Below, in pieces: positions 17,501 through 24,006 of a DNA stretch of 33,909 nucleotides. The notes under the pieces are model-generated. The model did not search any database and had not been told where the DNA came from. It saw nothing but the letters and a program-made list of their open reading frames with translations. Every line of letters starts with the position of its first letter. Positions within the stretch are counted from its first letter, which is position 1. The DNA comes from Candidatus Sericytochromatia bacterium (GTDB lineage Bacteria > Cyanobacteriota > Sericytochromatia > S15B-MN24 > UBA4093). The translations under genes were made by a program, and so were the position numbers. Where the stretch lies: contig JAKFCT010000102.1 of NCBI GenBank assembly GCA_036676495.1, positions 1 through 33,909 of the forward strand, in the 5' to 3' direction.

Positions 17501-19780
17501 CATGGCGCGGGTCAGGGAGGCGCGGGCGTCCTCGTACTTGCCCTGGCTCTGGAGGGATTTGCCGAGGCTGACCAGGATGCTGGCCAGCTCCGCGGGCTTG
17601 CCCAGGGTCTCCGCCAGGGTGACAGCCTCGAGATATGCCTCGGAGGCGGCCGTCGAGTCGCCCAGCATGCGCTTGACGTCGCCGAGAGCGGCGAGCAGGT
17701 CGAAGCGGGTCGCGGTCGGTTCCGCGGAGACCAGGGCGAGCGCGCCTTCGAGGAAAGTGCAGGCGGTTTGGTTGGCGTGGAGGGCGTAGTTGCGAAGACC
17801 GGCGTCCAGGCAGTACGGGATGGCGCGTTCCGGGTGATCCGAGCGCAGGGCATGCGTGCTCAGTTGGTTTAGCAGGCCCAGGTTGCCAGAATCCTCGGCG
17901 AAGGCGCCTTCGAGGGCGTCCGTCAAGCGGGAATGCCAGGCGCGGAGGGCCTCGGGGGTGAGGTCTTCGAGGACGAGGGTGGTGAGTGCGCGCTGCACGA
18001 AGTCGAGTTCGGGTTGGCCCCGGAGGATGCCGGCTTGCTCCAGCTCGTCGATCGCCTGGTAGAGGGGCTCTTCGTGGGGGATGCCGGGGATGCGCTCCAG
18101 CAGGGCGAGGCTGGTGGGGCCTCCGAGCATGGCGATCGCCTCGGCGATCCGGAGGGCTTCCGGGCTGAGGGCGGCCAGGTTCTGCCGCAGCAGGTCGTGC
18201 CAGTCGCGGGGCAGCGCGCCCTCGGGCAGCTCGGCGGGAAGGACCCAGCGGCCGCGCTCGGCATGGATCACGCCCGTGTCCACGAGGTGCTGCAGCAAGT
18301 TGGCGATGGACTGCGGGTTGCCGGCGGCCGCCTCGAAGGCCGCGGCCGTGAAGGTCTCGGGCACCTGCGTGTGGCCGACCGTGCCCTCGATCAGGGTGTG
18401 GACGTCCGCCAGCGAGAGGGGGTCGAGCCAGAGGACCTTCTCCTGCTCCAGCCCCGTTCCCTCGGAGGTCCGGGTGGTGAGGAGCGTGAGTTCGCGTTCG
18501 GAGGTGAGGCGGGAGAGCTGTTCGAGGACCTCGCGGCTGGAGGAGTCGAGCGTATTGATGTCCTCGATGGCCAGGACGAGACCCTTGGCGTCGGCGACGG
18601 CGCGGACGAGGTCGGCGATCGCCGCATGCAGGCGGCTCTTCTCCTGCTGGGGCTCCATGTCGAAGGCGGGGTCCTCGGGGCGGGCGAGCTCGGGCAGGAG
18701 GCGCGTGAGGCTCATGCGGGCCCCTTGCAGGGTTTCCGGGGCGTGCTGGCTCGCGAGGGGGAGCAGCTGGCGCACGAGGTCGCTGATGGGCGCGTAGGGC
18801 GCGCCGGCCTGAGGCGGGCAAGCGGCAAGCAGAAACGGCCGGTCGCTCAGTTGAGCCCGGAACCGGAACTCTTTGATCAGGCGGCTCTTGCCCATGCCCA
18901 TGGGCGCCGCGATGGCCCAGGTGCCGCTAGTGAGCTCGCCGGAGTCGAAGCGCGCGAGGGCTTCGTCCCTTCCCACCAGCGGGGGGCTGAAGAGGTAGGC
19001 GGGGCCTTGGGACCCTTCCTCGCCGAGCGCGAGCAAGACTTCGGAGGCGTTTCCGGGGCGGCCGAAGGGATCCTTGGCGAGGAGCTGGGGCAGCAGCTCG
19101 CGCAGGTCCTCGGGCAGGGCGGCATCGAGCGCGGGCGCTTCCTGGCTGAGGTGGGCGCGCAGCATCTCGGCGGGGGTCTCCGCCTGGAACGGCAGCTGGC
19201 CGCTGGCGAGCTGGTAGAGCATGATGCCGAGCGAGTAGAGATCGCTGCGGGCGTCGACCGTGGCTCCCTTGGCGACTTCCGGCGCCAGATAGGAAAGCGA
19301 GCCGCGGATCGGTCCCCCGACCCGGCCGGTCCGCTCCATGAGGCCGAAGTCCATCAGCTTCACCCGGCCGTCCGGCATCAGGCGGATGTTCTCCGGCTTG
19401 ATGTCGCAATGCACGAAGCCCTGGGCGTGAATGTAGCCGAGGGCGCGGGCGGTCTGGATGGCGACGTCGCGGACTTTCTCAGGGGAGAGGGGGAGGTGCT
19501 CGTCGAGCGCCTGGCCTTCGACCACCTCCATCGTGAGGTAGGGCGAGCCGTCCTCGAGCCGGCCGTAGTCGTAGGCCTCCACCAGGTTGGGGTGGTGGAG
19601 GCGGGTCATCAGCCAGAACTCGTGCTTGAGGTGCTCGAAGCGCTCCGGCGAGAGCGGGTCGCGGGCGATCTTGACGGCGACCTTTCGATCGACGGCCTTG
19701 TCCTGGGCCAGGTAGACACGCCCCATCCCGCCTTCCCCGAGAAGGCTGATGACGTCGTAGCGGTTGGCGATATGGTTCAT
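14546..19780 (-). CDS. multidomain Ser/Thr kinase - STAND/AAA ATPase - TPR - GAF - GAF - diguanylate cyclase (GGDEF)
   Basis: GEGGMG/VAVK/HCDIKPEN/DFG/APE; LVGR, Walker A APMGMGKS, Walker B LVLAIED, GNP; long TPR tract; two GAF-like repeats (VLSAPV..GAIYVD, VMCVPL..GVLYVD); DPLTGLHNRR, DIDHFK..ND.FGH, RLSD, RWGGEEF. Confidence 0.9.
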   Translation of the reverse strand: MNHIANRYDVISLLGEGGMGRVYLAQDKAVDRKVAVKIARDPLSPERFEHLKHEFWLMTRLHHPNLVEAYDYGRLEDGSPYLTMEVVEGQALDEHLPLSPEKVRDVAIQTARALGYIHAQGFVHCDIKPENIRLMPDGRVKLMDFGLMERTGRVGGPIRGSLSYLAPEVAKGATVDARSDLYSLGIMLYQLASGQLPFQAETPAEMLRAHLSQEAPALDAALPEDLRELLPQLLAKDPFGRPGNASEVLLALGEEGSQGPAYLFSPPLVGRDEALARFDSGELTSGTWAIAAPMGMGKSRLIKEFRFRAQLSDRPFLLAACPPQAGAPYAPISDLVRQLLPLASQHAPETLQGARMSLTRLLPELARPEDPAFDMEPQQEKSRLHAAIADLVRAVADAKGLVLAIEDINTLDSSSREVLEQLSRLTSERELTLLTTRTSEGTGLEQEKVLWLDPLSLADVHTLIEGTVGHTQVPETFTAAAFEAAAGNPQSIANLLQHLVDTGVIHAERGRWVLPAELPEGALPRDWHDLLRQNLAALSPEALRIAEAIAMLGGPTSLALLERIPGIPHEEPLYQAIDELEQAGILRGQPELDFVQRALTTLVLEDLTPEALRAWHSRLTDALEGAFAEDSGNLGLLNQLSTHALRSDHPERAIPYCLDAGLRNYALHANQTACTFLEGALALVSAEPTATRFDLLAALGDVKRMLGDSTAASEAYLEAVTLAETLGKPAELASILVSLGKSLQSQGKYEDARASLTRAMEVAEASGNVKAKIRALMTLGRIFYFTGNAAKTAPMLEEAASLSRTHGEMLTLSESLAFLGFLFSSSGKGQTEQGLGLLKEALAIKESFNDLLGLNEANMMLGNAYLSLGRYTEAYQAFEETRRLNTLIDQRDELVFSQLNLAATALELGEFRDAEAVAKQALAGAQELGSRMAEGMALAMEGMAAMHLGRLGDALTQVDAGLQIALDTRNRYLEMTLNVYRAELLMMLGATPEALELARSTVKDAEETGHEDIASSMRPVLALLLLRSGEREEVRSLLNHAITQANEAEARGLAAKLLFVQADLLALAKDAMAAQRMAFESLHLAEEVGARNLIGRIHLFLGELHLRNDRRSLATEHLRKAIHLAEEMGQADLDGRALSLLADVDTLRGDDHRRLAQNICDRLAQTLPAERQDAFREAWSQTYLPKTEASTQSADSLEGHIERIQEDLKAFARHARGQQEQIDDLQHANHKLTQLIDFSLKVSQIQDVALVLEMAMDLILEITGGKRGFILKLQGSEVLPVQIREFPKSVPAEDWRISRSIADEVFRTEQPLCLRDTRSEARFTPKDAAIASRTVLSAPVKIRNRMVGAIYVDRLTEEAPFDEQALDVVMSLAAVLANALENASMHAEWEDKSRKLEMLNGLARTITTTLVMEEVLQLVLQSTLDLTQAERGYILLWENEQLVCRSALNHLGAALTLEDDPISRSICQRVLDSAEPLCVDDALSDQEFQMQASVMALNLRTVMCVPLLAKQTVLGVLYVDSQAIVNHFTERELALLESIAHHAAIAIENAHLYTQLTQRANELEHLVELYEEANMRASIDPLTGLHNRRFFQDQLSRDFAQSRRHHRHLSVIMLDIDHFKSFNDTFGHMLGDEVIVSVARVLEQAVRLSDLTARWGGEEFIVALPDTDLEGAVTVAERIRENVSEIQLTDPEGNPLRQITVSLGVSSLRPEDDRIAELIERADRALYVSKANGRNQVQVLADER

Positions 19781-19799
19781 GGCTGCTCTCCCGCCAGGC

Positions 19800-21116
19800 T
19801 CAATCGATCGGGCGCCACTGGAGCCCCAGTCTGAGCGAGTCTTCTCCGGTGTTCAATCCGCGAATCCACTGACCCGTCAGGCCGTACTTGTCCCCTAGCC
19901 AATCAGGGTACCACATGCCACCCAACCTGACGTTCGGATCGAGCGGATTGAAGACCTCTCCCTGCAGGACGACCTTGGGGCTGGCCTCCCAGTCGAGTCC
20001 GGCACCGATCTTGGAGCGGACCATGCCCAGGTGGAAGCCGATCTGGGGGGTGAAGAAGCCGGGCTTGCCCCAGGAGAGGTTCCAGAGGTTGCGCTCGCCG
20101 ATCTCCTCGACGCCGAGCAGGAACTCGTCGCGGCCGGTTCTCAGGGCGAAGTTGAAGTTGCCGTTGAGGTAGGCGCTCGCGCGGTTGGAATCCTGGACCA
20201 GGGCCGCGTCGAAGCGCGGGCTCAGCTTCGGGGGGCTGAAGCTGGGGCCGCCGATGGAGTTGAGCATGGCGCGGGAGCTGGAGACGATCTCCTTGAGGTC
20301 CTGCTGCAGCTTGGGATCCGAGACCACGGTCTCGGTCTGATAGGCGATGTGGTTGACCCGCTCGGTCAGGAGGCGGATGTTGGCGATGACGGCCGAGGTG
20401 TCCTCGATCAGGCGGCCGTCGTTGACGACGGCCTGGTAGGTCTGGCGCAGGCCATGCGACATGGCCTTGAGGTCCTTGACCATGGCCGCGAGGTCCTCGC
20501 CCTGGATGGCGCCGGCGACGGTCCGGGCGTCCTGGATGAGGAGGGCGGTCTCGACGGCGACCTTGTCCGTGTTCTTGACCAGGCCGCGCAGCTCGGCGAA
20601 GGCGCTCTCGAAGTTCTTCATGCCGGTGCGCAGGGCCTCGGTGGTCTCGGGCGATTCGGCGAGCTGGCGCAGGGAGGTCAGGGCGGCCTGCGCCTGATCG
20701 ATGGCGTTCTCGAGGCGAGCGGGGTCCTGCCCGTAGACCGTGGCATCCGCCGCGAGGAAGGTGCTGATGAGCGCATCCTCGGGGGGGAAGATCTCGAGGG
20801 TCTTCTCTCCGACCAGGCCCTTGGAGAGGATCCGGAAGCGCGACTCCTCGAGGATCCGGGTCTTGGGGTTCGCGATCTCGAGCTCGACGACCACCCGGCG
20901 GTCTTCCGGGGTGAGGGTGATGACGCGGCCGACCTTGACGCCCATGAGGTAGACGCCGGCGCCCGGCACCAGGCCGTTCACGTCCCCGAAGACGGCCTTC
21001 AGGCGGTAGCCCTGGGGCTTGAACGAGAACTGTGTCAGCCAGCTCATCCCAAGCGAGAGCACGATCGCCGAGACGAGGGTCACCACGCCAACTCGGGCGG
21101 CAGGGGTCAGCTTCAA
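19800..21116 (-). CDS. mlaD: MlaD/MCE-family protein with long helical region and C-terminal beta-strand-rich domain
   Basis: N-terminal TM, MCE motif FGDVNGLVPGAGVYLMGVKVGRV...GLVGEKTLEI.P. TTG start at 21116 with SD GGAGG, overlapping the mlaF stop. Confidence 0.85.
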   Translation of the reverse strand: MKLTPAARVGVVTLVSAIVLSLGMSWLTQFSFKPQGYRLKAVFGDVNGLVPGAGVYLMGVKVGRVITLTPEDRRVVVELEIANPKTRILEESRFRILSKGLVGEKTLEIFPPEDALISTFLAADATVYGQDPARLENAIDQAQAALTSLRQLAESPETTEALRTGMKNFESAFAELRGLVKNTDKVAVETALLIQDARTVAGAIQGEDLAAMVKDLKAMSHGLRQTYQAVVNDGRLIEDTSAVIANIRLLTERVNHIAYQTETVVSDPKLQQDLKEIVSSSRAMLNSIGGPSFSPPKLSPRFDAALVQDSNRASAYLNGNFNFALRTGRDEFLLGVEEIGERNLWNLSWGKPGFFTPQIGFHLGMVRSKIGAGLDWEASPKVVLQGEVFNPLDPNVRLGGMWYPDWLGDKYGLTGQWIRGLNTGEDSLRLGLQWRPID

Positions 21117-21892
21117 GGTCGATCCTCCCTTTGGGCACGCGGGCTCTCCGCGGATTCCGCATGGGGTATCCCGGCAAGGAACCCCGAAACCAGCGGATTT
21201 CGGCTGGCCTTCATCTCCGTGGGCGTTCCGGATTCCATCACGCGGCCCGCGTGGAGCATGGTGATCCGGTCGGCGGTTCGGAAGATGGTCGACAGTTGGT
21301 GGGTGACGACCACCGAGGTGGCTCCGGATTCCTTGGCGACCCTCACGATCAGGTCCTCGATGATCGTGCTGGTGACGGGGTCCAGGCCGGTGGTGGGCTC
21401 GTCGTAGAGGATGAGAGCGGGGTTGCGGACGATGGCGCGGGCGATCGCCACCCGCTTCTGCATGCCTCCCGAAAGCTCGGTGGGATAAAGGTTCTCGGTG
21501 CCCGCGAGCCCGACGACCTCCAGCTTCTCGCTGACGATCCGCGCCCGCTCTTCCGGGCTCATGCGGGTATGCTCGCGCAGGACGAAGGCGACGTTCTCTC
21601 CCACGGTCATCGAATCGAAGAGGGCGGCGGACTGGAAGACCATGCCCACCGATTCGCGCATGCGCTCCCATTCGGGAGTCTTGTAGCGGGTGATGTCCTC
21701 TCCCCCCACGAAGATGGAGCCGTCGTCCGGGCGGATGAGCCCCAGCAGCAGCCGCAGGATGGTCGACTTGCCGCAACCCGAGGGCCCGATGATCACGGAG
21801 ATCTGAGCGGGCGGGAAGTCCATCGAGACCCCCTTGAGGACCTGCTTGGAGCCGAAGGCCTTGGTGATGCGATCCAGGGTCACGTGCTTCAC
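21113..21892 (-). CDS. mlaF: MlaF/Mkl-type ABC transporter ATPase
   Basis: GPSGCGKST, VGMVFQSAALFDSMTVGENVAF, LSGGMQKRVAIARA, YDEPTTGLDP, VVVTH. GTG start overlaps the mlaE TGA. Confidence 0.92.
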   Translation of the reverse strand: MKHVTLDRITKAFGSKQVLKGVSMDFPPAQISVIIGPSGCGKSTILRLLLGLIRPDDGSIFVGGEDITRYKTPEWERMRESVGMVFQSAALFDSMTVGENVAFVLREHTRMSPEERARIVSEKLEVVGLAGTENLYPTELSGGMQKRVAIARAIVRNPALILYDEPTTGLDPVTSTIIEDLIVRVAKESGATSVVVTHQLSTIFRTADRITMLHAGRVMESGTPTEMKASRNPLVSGFLAGIPHAESAESPRAQREDRP

Positions 21893-22677
21893 AGCCCGCC
21901 TCCCGGGAAGAGCCAGGACGAGAGGAAGTAGTTGGTGATGAAGATGGTGATGAGCGAGAAAACGACGGCGTCCGTCGTCGCCTTGCCCACTCCCTGGGCT
22001 CCGTTCGAGGTGTTGAGGCCCTGGTAGCAGCCGATGACGCCCACGACCAGGCCGAAGATCATCGCCTTGACTAGGCCCTTGTAGATGTCGGCAGGCTGAA
22101 GCAGCTGTTGCAGCGAGCTGAGGAAGACCTCGGAGCTGATGCCCTTGACCCCGGTGGCGATGCCGTAGCCGCCGGCGATGCCCACGAAGTCGGCCAGGAA
22201 GGCCAGGAGCGGGAGCATCAGGACGCAGGCGATGACGCGGGGGACGACGAGGAAGCGGATGGGGTCGGCGGCCATGGCGACGAGGGCGTCGATTTGCTCG
22301 GTGACCTTCATGGAGCCGAGCTCGGCGGCGATGGCGGCCCCGACGCGGCCGGCGACGACCACTCCGGTGAGGGTGGGGCCGAGCTCGCGGACGAGGGCGA
22401 TCGCCGAGACTCCGCCGATGACCGAGGTGGCCCCGAAGCGGATGAACTCGTTGGCGATCTGCAAGGTGAAGACCATGCCGACGCTGAGCCCGGTCAACAG
22501 CGCGATGGGCAGGGACTCGACCCCGATGAAGGCCATCTGGGCGAAGGTGTTGCGCCAGTGGATGCGGCCGCTCAGGATCTGCCGGGCGGTCTCCCCGGCC
22601 AGCATGACGATGGCCCCGAGGGCTTCGAGGGCGCCGAGTGTTTGTTTTCCGACACGGTCGAGGGCCGTGGAAAGCAA
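21889..22677 (-). CDS. mlaE: MlaE-family ABC permease
   Basis: RELGPTLTGVVVAGRVGAAIAAELGSMKVTEQIDAL...DP...LVVPR, GAQGVGKATT.AVV. TTG 22677 after AGGAAAGG preferred to 22722. Confidence 0.93.
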   Translation of the reverse strand: MLSTALDRVGKQTLGALEALGAIVMLAGETARQILSGRIHWRNTFAQMAFIGVESLPIALLTGLSVGMVFTLQIANEFIRFGATSVIGGVSAIALVRELGPTLTGVVVAGRVGAAIAAELGSMKVTEQIDALVAMAADPIRFLVVPRVIACVLMLPLLAFLADFVGIAGGYGIATGVKGISSEVFLSSLQQLLQPADIYKGLVKAMIFGLVVGVIGCYQGLNTSNGAQGVGKATTDAVVFSLITIFITNYFLSSWLFPGGGL

Positions 22678-22799
22678 CGCGTGAGACCTTTCCTGCTGGC
22701 ACGTCGCCAAACGGTCCGGCAACCGGACATGGTGCCGGACTGCGTGGGGCGTGGGCGCGTATGAAGGACGGAAGACAGGGCGTTAACGCTCAGGCTTCA

Positions 22800-22826
22800 A
22801 TTGTACCACGGTGAAGCGACGGTCAA
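22800..22826 (-). promoter_or_regulatory. candidate sigma-70 promoter of the mla operon
   Basis: Minus-strand TTGACC-N15-TACAAT with extended -10 (TGG-TACAAT); the spacer is short. Confidence 0.5.
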
Positions 22827-22846
22827 TCCAGGCGCCATCAAGGCGC

Positions 22847-23983
22847 TTAGGCCTTCACGCCCAGCACCAGGTCGTGGAAGGCTTCGGGGACGTAGCTGAG
22901 GTGGCTCTCGGGGAAGGTCCCGGCGAAGATCGACGCGCGGATGCTCTCCATGAGCCGGATGAGGTAGCGGATGTTGTGGAGGCTGATGAGGGTGTTTGCG
23001 AGCATCTCTTCGGCCCGGAAGAGGTGGCAGAGGTAGCGCCGGCTGAAGCCGCTCTTGCAGGTATAGCAGTCGCAGTCCTCTTGCAAGGGGGCGGGATCCT
23101 CGCGGAAGCGGGTGTTCTTGATGTTGAGGCGGCCTTCGGGGTGGAAGAAGGCTCCGTGGCGCGCGAGGCGGGTGGGCAGGACGCAGTCGAACATGTCGAT
23201 GCCGAGGGCGACTCCGACGACGAGGTCGTCGGGCATGCCGACGCCCATGAGGTAGCGGGGTTTGCCTTCGGGCAAGAGCGGTGTGGTGTGGGAGAGGGTG
23301 GGATACATCTTCTCCTTGGGCTCTCCCACGGAGAGGCCGCCCACGGCGTAGCCCGGGAAGTCCATTGGGACCAGGGCGGCTGCGGAGCGCTCCCGGAGAT
23401 CCGGGTAGACGTTGCCCTGGACGATGCCGAAGAGGGCTTGAGTGTCGGGGCGCTGGTGCGCGGCCAGGCAACGCTCTGCCCAGCGCGTGGTGCGGTCCAC
23501 GGCGTCGAGCGCGGCCTCATGCGAGCTCATGCCGGGCACGCACTCGTCAAACGCCATCATGATGTCGGCGCCCAGGGCGTTTTGAATGGCCATGGAGACT
23601 TCCGGCGAGATGAAGTGGGTGCTTCCGTCGATGGGGTTGCGGAACTTGACGCCTTCTTCGGTGATCTTGCGCAGTTCCGAGAGGCTGAAGACCTGGAAGC
23701 CGCCGGAGTCGGTCAGCATGGAGCCCTTCCAGTTGCTGAACTGGTGGAGGCCTCCGGCGCGTTCGACGAGCTCGTGGCCGGGGCGCAGGTAGAGGTGGTA
23801 GGCGTTTCCGAGGATGATGGAGGCGCCTTCGGCGGCGACTTGCTCCGGCGTGCAGGCCTTGACGGTGGCCTGGGTTCCGACCGGCATGAAGACCGGGGTC
23901 TGAACGGTGCCGTGGGGGGTGGTGAGGGTGGCGGCGCGGGCGCGGCCGGATTTGGCTTCGAGGTCAAAGGTGATGGCGGGCAT
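22847..23983 (-). CDS. tgt: tRNA-guanine(34) transglycosylase (queuine tRNA-ribosyltransferase)
   Basis: TPVFMPVGT, TDSGGFQVFSL, GGLSVGE, PRYLMGVG, DMFDCVLPTR, CDCYTC...H Zn site. ATG 23983 lies within the 883-aa track ORF. Confidence 0.96.
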   Translation of the reverse strand: MPAITFDLEAKSGRARAATLTTPHGTVQTPVFMPVGTQATVKACTPEQVAAEGASIILGNAYHLYLRPGHELVERAGGLHQFSNWKGSMLTDSGGFQVFSLSELRKITEEGVKFRNPIDGSTHFISPEVSMAIQNALGADIMMAFDECVPGMSSHEAALDAVDRTTRWAERCLAAHQRPDTQALFGIVQGNVYPDLRERSAAALVPMDFPGYAVGGLSVGEPKEKMYPTLSHTTPLLPEGKPRYLMGVGMPDDLVVGVALGIDMFDCVLPTRLARHGAFFHPEGRLNIKNTRFREDPAPLQEDCDCYTCKSGFSRRYLCHLFRAEEMLANTLISLHNIRYLIRLMESIRASIFAGTFPESHLSYVPEAFHDLVLGVKA

Positions 23984-24006
23984 GAGGTTCCTTAGAGCCG
24001 CTGGCG

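Noticed and set aside
14546-19780. Calling the STAND protein an Avs-type anti-phage system
   Set aside because: It has no nuclease, TIR, SIR2 or protease effector and no defence-island or mobile context; a signalling role is better supported
22847-23983. tgt as a DpdA-like DNA-modification gene
   Set aside because: Canonical bacterial tRNA TGT motifs, and no dpd neighbours
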